Assembly (NCBI RefSeq): GCF_964188315.1
Contig: NC_135665.1
Coordinates: forward strand, 25,358,001 to 25,422,000
Direction: 5' to 3'
DNA from: Podarcis muralis
Taxonomy: Eukaryota
Length of the DNA stretch: 64,000 nt
In this document: piece by piece, positions 10,273 to 24,350 of the stretch
Layout of the letters: each line of letters opens with the position of its first letter
How positions within the stretch are numbered: the stretch's first letter is position 1
Position numbers and translations under genes: made by a program
Notes under the pieces: model-generated
Databases searched by the model: none
The model's input: only the letters and a program-made list of their open reading frames with translations
What the model was told of the DNA's origin: nothing

Positions 10273-12750
10273 TTGGAAATCCCACACAGGTCTGATAGTT
10301 TTGCATTCTTATCACAAACTTTTTTTGTTTGTCTTGAATGGCACCCTCAGTTTCACCAAAGCAGTTTGCTAAAGAGGGGGAAACAGGGCTGAGAGAGAAT
10401 TAGGCACCTCAAATTCCTTGGGCAGAAATACACTGAAGGTGTATCCACAACAGACTTATCACCTCACTGCTGGCCTTAGGATTGTTGATATAACAACAGT
10501 CAGGACTGTATACATATCTGAACAACACCCCTGTCTTCATACAGTTTGTATTGGTGATATTTGTTCATATATCTCAGAACTTTTATTTATAGGTCTGGCT
10601 TAGTCGTCGTCGAATACCCTTGAGCAAGGCACTATCAGCAAAAAATTGAATCAACAAGAGACACCTCAGAGTTGATGGGAGGTTGAATGAGGGAAAGAGA
10701 ATTAACTCAGGCTGCAGAAATTTGAAATAACAATAATCCTACCTTTTTATGGGCATTTCCCCGTAATCGCTGATAACACAGTATTTTACATTTGTCATTT
10801 CACTTGCCAAGGAAGAAGATTACAGAAATGAAATGTGCCATTCCCTCCCCCCCCCCCCAATTGATTATGGGTTCAGGCAGAGGCATTGCTAAGTAATTAG
10901 CGGACACAAGCCATGGGCCCACAATACAAATTTGCATAGTATTTCCAAATGCAAATATAGATTTATAGATACAAATTTAGGCTTCTGAACAAATGTGGGT
11001 GACTCCATGCCCAGCAGTTCGGCGGAGGCAGTAAGCAAAGTTTGCCTTTAAAAAAGAAAAGAAAAGAAAAAGGAAGGAGCAAGTGATTTAGGTACTAGAC
11101 TCAGGGATGTAACATTGAAGGCTGGTCTGTTAGGGCAACTGGACCATTAACCTCAGTCTACCTTCCTACTTGCAAACAGTTCAGGGGGTGGCACTGCCTG
11201 TTGCCTTCCTCCTCTATAAGCACACTGCTGCCCTCAGCAGGAAGGAGGATGGGGACACAGCTAGAATTACTCAGCTCTGCCTGTCAGTGGCTCTGGCTTC
11301 ACCCCCTACTGGACCCCCGTCTCCTGCCCTCCCAGTCCCAATGGGTACCTGTCACCAATAGGTCAGACCCCCTGGGCCACTCCTTAACAACTAACTTTAG
11401 TAGTTCAGGTTCAAAGCGATCTCTTTTTCTCTCCCCAGGTTGCCATTAAACAAAAAATAAAATAAAAAACCCCTATCCTTCTTTCCTCATCTTTCTGTTC
11501 ATTTTACTAACAGCACGCATGAAGTATGGAATATCTGCAGCTTTGGTTCCTCATAAATGAAGCATTACCATTTCCCCCCTTCCAACCAAAGGCTAAATTC
11601 CCTTTAACCTCACTGTGCCATTTCGTGTTATTTTCACAAGAACTGAAAAAGGCAAAACTGATTCCAACGTTCCGTTCAGTTGTCAGAGCTTACATTCTAA
11701 GGCTATATTTCACTTTACGCAGGAGGAGGGGGAAGGTTACCACAAAAAAGGGTTATAACGAACACTGATACGTTTTGTGTTTCATCTATAAATCACTACC
11801 CTGTCCTCTTTAACTTACCTTGCTCTTCTCAGTTTCTCTTAGCCTGAAATTGGCTTCCGATTCTAAATGTATGTAATACCGGCAGAGGTTTAAGCAAATT
11901 ATTTTTGGTATCACCATGTATTTCTGAACCAATGTGACTTTTTTAAAAAAATGTTTGCAGCTCCTCTGTGACTTCTCAGACCCAACAAACTTTGCAATCT
12001 GTACCCAACTCCACAGTGACACATCTTGCTATAATTTGTTCCTATAGGCACCTAGGAGGAAACAATAAAACTACCTCTTGGCAAGCCATTTTGATCAAGT
12101 GCAGTGAAATATGATCTAAAACTATTGTAGGCTTAAAAAACCACCATTGTGGTTGATGCAGAATTTGATCAAAGATATGTGTCAACACATTGCAAGGAAC
12201 CAAGTTTGTGATTAAAGGGCAGCTAATTGGCTCCATATTTGTTAAAGATAGCAAGCCAGCCACTGACTGACTTGACAAAAACAGAGAGTCAATGCTTTGA
12301 TTAGCCAAGACCTCTCTGCATCAATATTCTAATTGCCGCTTTCAAATACTAATTTTCACCTTGGGTGTTTTATAAGGTTTCACATCATGCTTTAGAAAAT
12401 GATAGGAGGAGGAAATAAATGGATAGCAACTTCCCCCCTTTGTCAGTGAAATCGAAGAGGTGGGGAGTTTTCCTGACGGAGGTCTTGTGTGTCAACATAA
12501 GGATTATGAGTAACAAAAATATTTGGAACATGTTTTAAATGCCAACCTGCAACAATGACGAAAGATGTAGGCTGGTATTTGGGTTGAGGGGAGAAATAAC
12601 TTTTTCAGCAAAGGATATGTGAAAAACTAGTAAATAATTGGGGGGGGGGGAGAGGAGTTGTCTTGATTTATAGGACCCGACATTTTAAGCGCCATTAAGA
12701 AGTATTTCACTTGCGCATTCCAATATAGGCAAAAACCTGTTTGTCTGGAT

Positions 12751-12995
12751 CATGGGTAGGCAAACTAAGGCCCAGGGGCCAGATCCGGCCCAATTGCCTT
12801 CTAAATCCGGCCCGCAGACGGCCCAGGAATCAGCGTGTTTTTACATGAGTAGAATGTATCTTTTTATTTAAAATGCATCTCTGGGTTATTTGTGGGGCAT
12901 AGGAATTCACGTTTTTTTCAAAATATAGTCTGGCCCTCCACAAGGTCTGAGGGACAGTGGACCAGCCCCCTGCTGAAAAAGTTTGCTGACCCCTG
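12751..12995. mobile_element. hAT (Charlie-like) MITE
   Basis: TIR catgggtaggcaaact / agtttgctgacccctg; perfect 8-bp TSD GTCTGGAT. Confidence 0.88.
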
Positions 12996-13074
12996 GTCTG
13001 GATGCTAGTTGGCCCAATCCTGAATTGTAGGCAGCTTGATTCTGCAATGTGTCCAGTGGAGGGTGGCAAAGACA

Positions 13075-14088
13075 TTGAGGGAACTAAAGTTCAAGCACTA
13101 TGAGGAAAGGTTGAAGAAGTCAGGTATTTGGTCTGAAATTAGTGGGTTATCATAAATTATTACAGTTCAGGTATCTTTAGCCTGGGGTTATAGGATCACC
13201 CTCTTCAGCTATGTGAAGGGCTGTCACATAGATGATGGGCCATCAGCAGTTCTGGAGCGCAGGTTCCAAAAACCCCTAATGCCCACTTAAATGTCCCTAT
13301 GAACCTGGAGAGGTAGAACCAATTGCCCTTTTTCTCATGATAGACGTAAGACTTTCACTGAATGCTTTCTATGGAAATTCCAAGGATGAACAAATTTGTT
13401 TGATGATTAATCCATTTTCGTATTTTATCTTTTGTATGTTTAAAGGTAGGGTTGTGATTTTTTCTTGATTTTACTGTTTTATCTTTTGTAAATTGCTTTG
13501 AGGTAGTTTTTTAAATAGCCAAGCAGTGTATAAATTTTATGAAAATAAATACATAAATAAATGCATTTAATGCTCCCCCCCTCCTTTCATATCAGACCAT
13601 ATTAATCTCTTCCAGGGTGGCTAAATATTGTGCTGCTGCATGTAAAACTCACCAGGAATTAATTTTAGCAAATTTATTATTTCATGTTCTATGTCTGGCA
13701 TTTTAGAGTATGGTAAAGTTCTAAGTATTTCTGTTGCTATTGTTTTCTGTTGTTTTGGAATTATGTTATATATATTTGTGCAACATTTTTTTCCTGAATA
13801 TTGGCCACTGGCCATAATAAAGAGACTGACAGATTATAGATGATGGAGCAAATTAGTTTTTGGTTGCTCCAGAGAGCAGGACCCGAACCTATGGATTCAA
13901 ATGAAAAACAAAGAATTTAGAGCAAATGCTAGGAAGACCTAACAAGCTGTTTGACAGTGGAACAGAGGTGGACTCTCCTTTGCTCGACATTTTAAGTAGA
14001 GGCTGAACCTATCAGAAATGCTGTAATAATTGGTTTCCTGCATCAGTGGTAGATGACCTTTGATGGTCTTTCCAACTCTGTGATTTGA
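13075..14088 (+). mobile_element. CR1 LINE 3' fragment split by a ~600-bp insert (13239-13835)
   Basis: CR1-like text on both sides, ending ttccaactctgtgatt. ATAGATGATGG is repeated at 13228-13238 and 13836-13846. Confidence 0.6.
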
Positions 14089-14156
14089 TAGCATCTTCTT
14101 CTGTGAGAAGACATACCTGGGATGATGAAACTGGTGCCAAGGGGGAGCTTGATCAC

Positions 14157-14417
14157 TACCATATTTTTCGCTCTATAAGACGCAACAGACCATAAGACGC
14201 ACCTAGTTTTTGGAGAAAACAAGAAAAAATATATATTCTGAATCCCAGAAGCCAGAACAGCAAGAGGGATCGCTGTGCATTGAAAACAATGATCCCTCTT
14301 GCTGTTCTGGCTTCTGGGATAGCTGTGCAGCCTGCACTCGCTCCATAAGACGCACACACATTTCCCTTTACTTTTTAGGAGGGAAAAAGTGTGTCTTATA
14401 GAGCGAAAAATACAGTA
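14157..14417. mobile_element. Tc1/mariner (Tc2/pogo-like) MITE
   Basis: TIR ccatatttttcgctctataagacgc / gtcttatagagcgaaaaatacag, TA TSD. Confidence 0.85.
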
Positions 14418-16184
14418 CTTGGTGACTCCAAGCAGACTGGGACCCCTTTACATTTTATCACCTTTTCCAAAAGCGAATGTGAGAGATCCCTGTGCAGCTG
14501 AGCTGGGCACTGCCCAGCTGTTCCTGAAATCTTAGCCTAACTCTCAAGCGGGAGGCTATTTGCTTCTCCAGTGTCCCAATCAGCATCACATCTGCGATCA
14601 GTTCATTGATTGAAGATAAAGTGCACCAGAAACCGAGATGCTGTTAGTCATTTCAGATTGCCTTGGGATGATTGAGGGCGTCTTTGCTGCCGAATATCTC
14701 CTGTTTTGCAGGCCAGCAGGATGATTCTTCATTTCAGCAGATCATTGGTTCTGATTAATGGCAAAATTGTCCACATTCTTAGGGTAAAGCTGACAAAGGC
14801 AATTTGGAAAGAGCAGCAAGGAAACAAGCAATTGAGCCATTTGATGCGGCAAGTTCCCGAACTGCCGTCACAAAACAGCTGGGCTAAAAGAAGGAGCCCA
14901 AGTTCAATTTAACATTTGAGACATATGTCAGTGTGTGTGATGTAAATGCAGAAAGGAAGGCTCTTTTACCATTCTGCGACAGTCAAGGATCAATGTCAAA
15001 CAGGAGCTGAGAACATTCATCACGAGTCCAAGAAACCAGCAGCTCTTCATTAGGAAGAATAGAGTACAGCAGTAACTCCTCTAAATGGTTGCAGCTGTAA
15101 CACTTGCTAATGGGAAGTGGAGGAAAGGGGGAACACTGAATGCAACCCTGTCCCATTGTGAAGAACACAGAGCACAGAAAAGCATTTAGAGGGGACCCAC
15201 TGGCTATTTACAGCACTGCATGCAAGATTTCAAATTTCTTGAGGATTCCATGGAAAGAAAGAGGAAATTAAAATACTTTTTATTAAACCGAGACTGGTGG
15301 TGGCCTGGCTGAATCTCAGGCAGACTCAGAGGCCAAACAAGCTTTGCTCAGCTCAGCTGCTTTACACAACAAGAAACTGACCAGATACTGGGGGCAGCAG
15401 CAGAAACTTACCTTTCCATTCAGCCTAGCGACATTGTTACCCATTAAAATACAACCTGGCAATATTATGTAGAGATCCAAAATATTGGGCATTGTGTTCA
15501 GAGCCAATGGTTCTGACATGATAATGTCTGACATGACTACCAATATTTAAGACCAAAAAAAAAAAAAAAAAAAAACCCTGGGCATTTTTCTCCTTTGCAC
15601 CCCACTTGTGAACTTCCCAAGGCAGCCAGGGAGTGAATGTTGCATGGAAACAATGGGCAAGATCACGTTTGGTTCAATCAAGCGAAGCCTTATCTGAAAG
15701 CTACTGAGCTATTTTTTGAAAAATCTCTGGGTCTGAAATACCTGAAGCTGCTCTGTGTTTGTTTTTCACAAGCTGTAAAGATCATATCCTAAGACTATGT
15801 CAACCTTACCAATAAGGTCCATAATTTCCCTACAAACAAGCTTGATGCGATGGTACCATTTTGGCAGCACCCTATGTACAACAGGCTACAAAGCACATTT
15901 GAATGAAACCTAATGGGGAAATGCATAGATTTTCTCCACTCTCACCTGTATTTCTTGAGCTGGCTCAAAGAGGCTCCTATATGACTTGACCTCCTCATCA
16001 TTTGGTAAACCACTTTATGTCTGAATTGTCTACACTGAGACGTATTATGTCTGAGCTGACAGAAGGAACACCTTGAGTGCAGAGATCCATTTGTGATGAC
16101 TCAGTTACAGATTTGAAAAGCAATGAACCTACATGTGTGAACAGGTCCATCAATGGATGGTGTTCTCTTTCACTTAGTAGCAAA

Positions 16185-16290
16185 GGGAGGGTCACAGCTC
16201 AGTGGTAGAGCACAAACATGGCATTAAAAAGGTTCCAGGTTCAATTTCTGGCATTTCCAGGTTAAAGGATGAGGTATCAGGGGATGGGAA
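16185..16290 (+). mobile_element. tRNA-derived SINE fragment
   Basis: A-box-like agctcagtggtagagc and B-box-like ggttcaatttc. Confidence 0.5.
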
Positions 16291-16382
16291 AGAACTACAG
16301 ATAAGAGTTTCAGTCCAACAACATCTGGATGCCATCCCATTAGCCACTCTTGATTTAGCGTATGAATATATGTGTCACCTGT

Positions 16383-16422
<40 letters not shown>
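16383..16422. repeat. (CA)n microsatellite
   Basis: Direct reading. Confidence 0.95.
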
Positions 16423-16425
<3 letters not shown>

Positions 16426-19319
16426 TACAAGGATAGCTAGCAGTAAAACAGAGGTTTGAGTACAAGAATTCAGAAAAAGCATGATACTCTTAGTGATCAG
16501 AACTGATGAAACAGAGATTGAAAATGACTGATTAAAAATTGAATAGAAATTTCCAGCACAACTCATTTTGCAGTTTAAGCAACATATGCAAATGTTAATG
16601 CCTGAAGCAATTAATTATTAAAAAAAACACCCAGACAATTAAATCTGACTTGCTTCTTCATTAAGATTTGAAAAGATGTGAAAGATGGACAGGAATTTTT
16701 TAATTTCTTGATGAGTTAAGCTCTTACAGGAATTTACACAGAAATTTTTTTACTGTCAGTTTGTTCCCCATTTCCTAATCGGTCCACTCCAAATATCACT
16801 AGAGGTGTCAATCAGATCAGTGTGAAGTCTGACTTGAAAAGGCATGGTTGCTTTCTAGCAAACTGAACTGTGCTTGTAATCCTTACCAAGATTGATTACA
16901 AGTTAATTTGTCATTTCTGTGCATGTTCAGCATCACTAAACATAAATTTTGCTGCCATCTCTGTACCAATCAGATGCTGATTGTTATAACCCTTCACTCC
17001 TTAAAAGAACTGTGAAGAACTGGCATTTGTTTTGAATTGTCTTTAATGTTCTATTCCATATTGCTGTTACCTGCCCTGAGATTTTCTGGTGAAGGTTGGG
17101 TGATAAATATAATAGGTGGTATTCAACTAATAATATTGGTGATAACGTGCTCCACTTTTTGTATGCAATTTCTCCTAACATACACATTTATGCAATGCAA
17201 TGTCCCCAAATATAATGCATTTTGTATGCTATTTTTAGGAATATATGTATTTTGTGGCACACTTTACCTGAGCATATGCATTACCTTAGCATATGCATTT
17301 TTGTGCATGTTACTTGGGTGGAAAACTGCACTGTAAAATGGGAGAAGTGAAGATTTCAAAAAGTGACTGTGTCTTCAGTCCCATCTTGTTTCAGAAAGTG
17401 TGAATTAAGTAAATTTGCCTGTAAATGTGAACTGAATAAAATCCCCCATGTCCCTACCTTTGGAAGCCTATTTTGCAGACCTCCACACTCAGTATGCGGA
17501 TGTTGAGAGTAGGCCAAGGAAGCTGCGTGGCATCAAGGTGGAGCTGCTGGGACAGCGACCCCCAATTCATTGTGAGTACAAGGGGACCTTGTACTTTATA
17601 TGGCAGGGACGTGTAATGGGTAGCTGTTTGTGTAGAAGCAATTCCAGTGCTACCTTTGCTTCCAAACTACTGCTGAGGATTTCCCTTTCAGGGTTTCTGT
17701 TGGTCCTTCCCATCCCTTTACTTCCTTAGTCAACAGGTCACACAGCAAGGTCTGTAGGGAAATGTAGTTTACAGACTCTTCAGTCTTATTACAAAAGTCA
17801 AAACATAAGAGAGCAAAAATAATAAAAGATGAGTGATGAAAGCTTAAAGAAACAACAGTAGCAGCCTTCAGCATTCACAGTATGGAGGTGTCTCTTGGTC
17901 ACTTACTATTTGGATGTAAATGGATACCAACTGTTTGAAAACATGCTTCAACTCTCCAACCCCTAAAAACACCCCTGGCACATACAATTTGTCAAGGATC
18001 TCCCTCTTAATTATAGCCCTGCGAAAGTCTGGGCTGGCTTATTAATAAGAAAAATTACATTACCTTACTCTTGCCCTTTGACTGAATACTGAGTGCAAGG
18101 ATTGTGTTGCATTGTGAAATAATCTTCACTAATGCATAATTAATACACAATGATTTAATTTGACAGCTTTGACTCCACTCCCTCTCCACCGATGAGCCAA
18201 AATTTACATTTTTATTAGAAAAGCACGGATTCCATTCTGGAAAAAAGGCAGTTGGAAATTTTCCATTGATATTTGTTTGCTTGTTTGAGAGCCCATTCCA
18301 CCAGATAGGCTAGCTTCCAATTCTTTCTGAAAGGAAGAGGGATTGCTTGTCTGGAGGGTGAGAATGTGAAGGACTTTTGCAGTCTTTCAGAACTTTTCTG
18401 ATTCATGAGGGTATTACATGAAAAAAGTGAACCAGGAGCCCAGTTGACTAATACCATCCATAGCTTTCTACAAGCAACCAAGATTACTTGTGACAGTCAA
18501 AGTAGCAACGAGTCAGGGATTTCCTGCATGTGCCCCCCCCCAAAAAAATAGTAGAACACCCCTTTTCACAAAAGAAGATAACCCCATTGACACGGAAAAA
18601 GTGGTTGCTTTGCTTGTATTATACATATTACATAACAGTATGACTGACAAGCGGAAATTATGGTCATATGTGCAGAATCGAAAGAATTCCAACATTTATT
18701 TTAAGAAAACTCAGGTGTCTGAATCTCATCGTTATAGTATAAATACTAAGAGTTTAATGAAGGCTTAGATATCGGATGAAGAGTTTACAGAGCTCTAAGA
18801 GGTCAGAGAAGAAAGACGCTTCATTCGACTTGCTCCAATTTTCTATACATTTTTTCCTTTCAGTCAACAATATCACCCTAATAATAATTCCAAAGCTCAT
18901 ATTTTACAAATTAAAACATTGGTTTTTATTTTATCTGAAACAGTGTGTTCTGAAGCTTTCAGTGCAGACACAGTGTCCAGATTCACACAGAACACTAACC
19001 CAAAACATGACTTGGTGCACTCATGCAAGCAACTAAGGGGGTCCCCAGACCAAAGGTTGCAGTCACTGCACGCCTTCCCTGGTTCTACTGCTGCCATGCT
19101 ACCTGGGGCTAAGGCATAAATCTCTGTACGGGGAACCTGCACACGTGCTCCTTTGCACTTTCTCCCTGGCGGGCCCAGGATCACTCAGAGAGCTTTAGAC
19201 ACTGATGCAGCTCCATATAAAACATCTAAACTTGAGATGGGACTCCATTTGCTATGATAGGCTTCCATACTGGTGTTTTACCAGTTTTAGGTTACTACTA
19301 CTACTACTACTACTACATT

Positions 19320-19684
19320 TTTTTATTATTCATACCCCACCCATCTGACTGGGTTTCCCTAGCCACTCAGGGCAGCTCCTAACAGAATATTAACAACATG
19401 ATAAAACATTGCTAAACAGGGCTGCCTTCAGATGTTTTCTAAAAGTCGGATAGTTGTTTATTTCCTTGACATCTGGTGGGAGGGCGTTCCACAGGGTGGG
19501 CGCCACTACCGAGAAGGCCCTCTGCCTGGTTCCCTGTAACCTCACTTCTCGCAGTGAGGGAACTGCCAGAAAGCCCTCGGCGCTGGACCTCAGTGTCCGG
19601 GCAGAACGATGGGGGTGGAGGCACTCCTTCAGGTATAGAGGGCTGAGGCCGTTGAGGGCTTTAAAGGTCAGCCCCAACACTTTG
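19320..19684 (-). mobile_element. L2-clade LINE 3' fragment
   Basis: ORF 19390..19680 (LTFKALNGLSPLYLKECL...RAFSVVAPTLWNALP) is typical of an L2 ORF2 C-terminus. Confidence 0.8.
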
Positions 19685-21794
19685 ATTTGTGTTGCATTTT
19701 TTTTGTTTTAATTCTACTGTTTTCTATATTGTACACTCCTTAGGTGCTTTAAAAAATATTAAGTGGTTTGTAAAGGCTTTAAAAGAAATAAACTGGTTTG
19801 CCAAAGAATTAATGAGGAGCACTGATCGGCTTCATCAGGACAAGGGGATAAGAACCAGTGGTTCACAAGCTTTCCTCTTCTCTACTCTGAAAAGCAGCCA
19901 TTGTCCCTGAAATAAGCTAAAATGGGGCTGGCTTCTACTTCTAGCAGCTTTTAGTCTGTGGAATAATCCACATCCTTTCTACAAATAATTTAGCTTTCCC
20001 CAAGGAAAGCCTGATAGCTTCTGATCCCTCTCCCCCATAGCAATGCTTCACACACACACAAATAACAAATTTATATCCACAACAAAACCATTGCTTCTCG
20101 ATTTAATTTTAAGAGCAGGTCACAGCAACTCCTGGTTATTTTTCTATTTCCCCTTTTTGCAGTGCATCATCAGTTTTCAAGCACAGCAAAGGAATACGAC
20201 TTGCAAATGTGCTACTATAAAACACAAATTGGCCTTCCCTGGAAAATAATCTCACAGCCATAAAGGAAAGCTACAATAATTGTCTGATCACCGCGTACCG
20301 AATGTCACAGCTATATAAACAACATGATGCTCTTTTCAAACCTAGATTATGTAGCATTCCTTCAGAGGAAAACATGGCAAAATCTGTCTTGTGGCCAGTG
20401 AGACTGCAATCATACATCTTGGGCGGCAGCGGGGAGGGGGGATATTAGGGGGCTTAAAGGGGAGAAAAGGAGTACAGAATCCTGGCAAAACAAAAAAGAA
20501 GAACAAAGCTGTTGCAACGGAGCCAATGTAATCTATTTTAAGAACAAACCCTGCCTGTCTAAATCATACTTGTCTGGAAAAATCCAAAGGCACCTTCGGG
20601 TTTTCTGATACATTCTAATGGGAAAGCTAGATGTTAATAAATTGTTAAGTATTTACAAAACAGAATATAACAGCTGATGAGAATTGTAGTCTTAGGAGGG
20701 CACCAGGTTGGCAAAGGCTGGTGGTCAAGCAAATGAAAATCCAGTCAGACCAGATTCTACCTTTCTTCTTCAAACATTTCCCCCAAAAAGATAAACTTTC
20801 CCACAAAAAAACTTTGGGTTAAAGCTTCCCTTCTCATCGCCTACTGAAATTAGAGCTACACCAAACAGTTGCCTCTTCACTTCTGAGGTAAAATGCTGTA
20901 CTTTGGGGGAACAGAAATGTGTCCCCTAAACCCCTCTGTTGTATGAATACCTACTTGTTGACATTCCTGCCCACTGCCAGTATTTATTTCAGCAAATTGC
21001 AGTATTTCCACTGCACGTGTATCTTACCTGAGTCTTCTGCTGAGAGGGTCGGGGGCAGGGGAAACTGAAGTGAGCGTCAAAGACAGAAATCCCTTCTTTA
21101 GCTTGGTCTTACTTCATGCACTGAATTTATTTATCTATTCAATTTTATTTTTAAAGGTATTTAAAGTGCAGCCTTGGGCTTCTCCAAGCATCTGGGAGCT
21201 TGCTTTGGCCTCACAGGAGGTCTGAGAGAGCAATTTAAGGAGCCACACCTGTGGCCTGTAATACTAATGACCTGGTAGGGCTGCTGCAAGCTTCTTTCTC
21301 TCAGCACAGCCTTGGTACCTACAATAAAACAGCAAACTACACAGCTGGGTAATGTTATATATCTCTGAGCCCCACCAACATGTGTGTGTGTGTGTGGGGG
21401 GAACAGTGGATAACAACAAAGGGGGTGTTTCAAACCCCCTAACCTTCAACAGAGACCTAATACCTCCAGACAACACTGTGGGGTTGTTGTTGAGTAAATC
21501 ACTGGCATTCAGGTCAGCACTTCCATGAGCTAAACCAAGATGTCAGCTCTGAGACCTCCATCAACTTGCCTCACGGTCCACAGGTACTGCTGCCGCCGCC
21601 GTTGCTGCTCCCCCCAGAGGAAGTCCCTTCAGGCTCTCTGGCCCCCACTTCCCTCTTCCCAGTCTCCCTCTGAGGAAGGGCCAAAGGGGGTCTGTCCACA
21701 CAGCGAGGCATCTTGGCCAAGAGGGTGCCTGCACCACCCCCCACTTTCCTGCAGCTGCTAAAAATTGTGCTCAAACCAGCTTTTACAAAAGCTA

Positions 21795-22040
21795 TACAGT
21801 GGTACCTTGGGTTACATACGCTTCAGGTTACATATGCTTCAGGTTACAGACTCCACTAACCCAGAAATACTACCTCGGGTTAAGAACTTTGCTTCAGGAT
21901 AAGAACAGAAATCGTGCTTTGGCGGCGTGGCAGCAGCAGGAGGCCCCATTAGCTAAAGTGGTGCTTCAGGTTAAGAACAGTTTCAGGTGAAGAACGGACC
22001 TCTGGAACGAATTAAGTACTTAACCCGAGGTACCACTGTA
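21795..22040. mobile_element. Tc1/mariner (Tigger-like) MITE, family A
   Basis: TIR cagtggtacct(t/c)gggtta...taacccgaggtaccactg, TA TSD, internal cttcaggtta repeats. Confidence 0.88.
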
Positions 22041-22119
22041 TTTTGGTTGACTGCGATGCGCGAACCAGACCAGTCGCTGGGTTGTGTTGTCTGCGACAAG
22101 GCCAAGCAGTGATCTCTCA

Positions 22120-22302
22120 CATAGGAGCCAACTCTTAGAGGCTGAGGGTTTATGCCTCCCCTAAAATATTTGAGGGGGCACAAATAACAATCAACAGGCA
22201 TTACCATTCAAATAGTGTGCATGCACAGCATCATGTGGTCGATTATGTGGGTTGGGATTTACCTCCCCCCCCCCCCATATTTTATTAAAGTTGGCACCCC
22301 TG
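22120..22302. mobile_element. hAT MITE
   Basis: TIR cataggagccaact / agttggcacccctg; TSD ATCTC(T/C)CA. Confidence 0.7.
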
Positions 22303-22478
22303 ATCTCCCAGGTCTTATTCTGACCTTCTTAACTGCTTCCCCACCCTGGTTCCAGGGCCAATTCTCTTGTTAGGTCTTCAGACACAGAGACTAAAGCGTT
22401 TTAGCAGACGTGAAAAAATATTTTTGAAGGTAAATGTTGGTTTTGTTAATTGGCCAAGGACATCTTCCTGCAGGAGTC

Positions 22479-22678
22479 NNNNNNNNNNNNNNNNNNNNNN
22501 NNNNNNNNNNNNNNNNNNNNNNNNNNNNNNNNNNNNNNNNNNNNNNNNNNNNNNNNNNNNNNNNNNNNNNNNNNNNNNNNNNNNNNNNNNNNNNNNNNNN
22601 NNNNNNNNNNNNNNNNNNNNNNNNNNNNNNNNNNNNNNNNNNNNNNNNNNNNNNNNNNNNNNNNNNNNNNNNNNNNNN
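22479..22678. other. Assembly gap (200 N)
   Basis: Run of exactly 200 N. Confidence 0.99.
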
Positions 22679-22745
22679 TAAAAGCATGAAATCAACACTC
22701 AACTCTGAGTATATTTCAGTAATAATAATATAATAACAATAATAA

Positions 22746-22930
22746 TACAGTGGTACTTTGGGTTACAGACACTTCAGGTTACAGACTCCGCTAACCCAGA
22801 AATTGCTTTAGGATGAGAACAGAAACTGTGTGGCGGCGGCGTGGCGGCAGCGGGAGGCCCCATTAGCTAAAGTGCTACCTCAGGTTAAGAACAGTTTCAG
22901 GTTAAGAACAGACCTCCAGAACGAATTAAG
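22746..22930. mobile_element. Tigger-like MITE family A, right TIR lost
   Basis: Same consensus, broken at aattaagt and followed by a minus-strand L2 3' end. Confidence 0.8.
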
Positions 22931-24047
22931 TGGTATTTGTATCCCGCTATCTGCCTAGGTTGCCCCAGCCACTCTGGGGTGGAAAAGAGGTTTACACATA
23001 CAAATAAATTAAGAGCCAATAATGAACCCAGGACACACTCTCCCCTGCAAAAATGAACAAATAGTCCACTTGGTACTGCTAAAATCACTAAATAGCTTTT
23101 TTTTTTTGGGGGGGGGGGAAACACGTGAAATGGACCGGTAGCTGAACTAGCTCAAAAGAGCAGGCAGCCTGGTATTTGTTTCTCTCAGTGCCAACATCAC
23201 CTACTTCTCCAGGCAGGGTGTCAAAAAAATGCAAAAGCTCTTTGTCTCAGTAGCTTAAAGAAGAGAAATACAGGGCACTGCGTCTGGAGCCCTAGTATGC
23301 TCCTCAGCCTGCAAGACCAACCACTGCCTTTATTTGCCTGAGGACAGCGGAGCAGTTTCCGCATGCTGCTTGGAAACACAAATACCTTCTGCTGTTTCGG
23401 AGCTATATATGGGAGGCCTATGCTAACGTCAGTTTCAAGTCCCTTGACCACAGGAAATCTATTGTGAAGCCATTTATTTTGTGCTGCAAGACTCTTGAGT
23501 GTCAAATTGCTGCTGTCAGCCCTGTAGCTTGCAAGATCTGTTGCCTTGAGGCAAATGCTGTCACTGTGCACCCCAACCCCCCCCCCCCCGACAGGCCTAC
23601 TCATCGACTAGCTCCAGCAACTTCCAGCTGGGGGAGCGCGACCCTTTCAGAAGCAACTCTGCTGTTGTTGTTACGACTCTCATGTGCAAAGCAGCCACAC
23701 AGAGATGCCTTTTGGTTGTGTCTGTCATTTTAAGAGATCGGGCTGATTTCCTGCACAGCTTTAAACGGCTCAAGAGGTTCCAGAGAAGCAAGCAAGCAAG
23801 CAGCCGATATTCAAATACCTGGAGTGGGTGAGATGATGGCAACAGGAGGTTAATGCTGGTGTACCAGGGCGGTCGCAGTTTTGGAATCTGAATGAGTAGT
23901 TAACCAACCTGTTTGTTTTTGTTTTTAAAGCCTTACATAAATGTTTTGCGGGACTTTTCTCCCTCCACCGCTGGCTAAAGTTCACAGAGCAATAAAATGC
24001 CAAGGGTTTGGAATCCAATGAAGACTGCACCGCCCTACCAATATATA

Positions 24048-24290
24048 TACAGTGGTACCTCGGGTTACATACGCTTCAGGTTACATACGCTTCAGTTACA
24101 GACTCCACTAACCAGAAATAGTGCTTCAGGTTAAGAACTTTGCTTCAGGATGAGAACAGAAATTGTGCTCCGGCGGCGTGGCAGCAGCAGAGGCCACATT
24201 AGCTAAAGTGGTGCTTCAGGTTAAGGACAGTTTCAGGTTAAGAACAGACCTCTGGAACAAATTAAGTACTTAATCTGTGGTACCACTGTG
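24048..24290. mobile_element. Tigger-like MITE family A
   Basis: Both TIRs are present; runs into a (GT)n tract. Confidence 0.88.
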
Positions 24291-24313
24291 TGTGTGTGTA
24301 TATGTGTGTGTGG

Positions 24314-24344
<31 letters not shown>

Positions 24345-24349
24345 TGTGT
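24286..24349. repeat. Imperfect (GT)n microsatellite between two MITEs
   Basis: Direct reading. Confidence 0.9.
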
Positions 24350-24350
24350 A

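Noticed and set aside
22367-22733. Five ORFs of 79-106 aa
   Set aside because: Artefacts of translating the 200-N gap.
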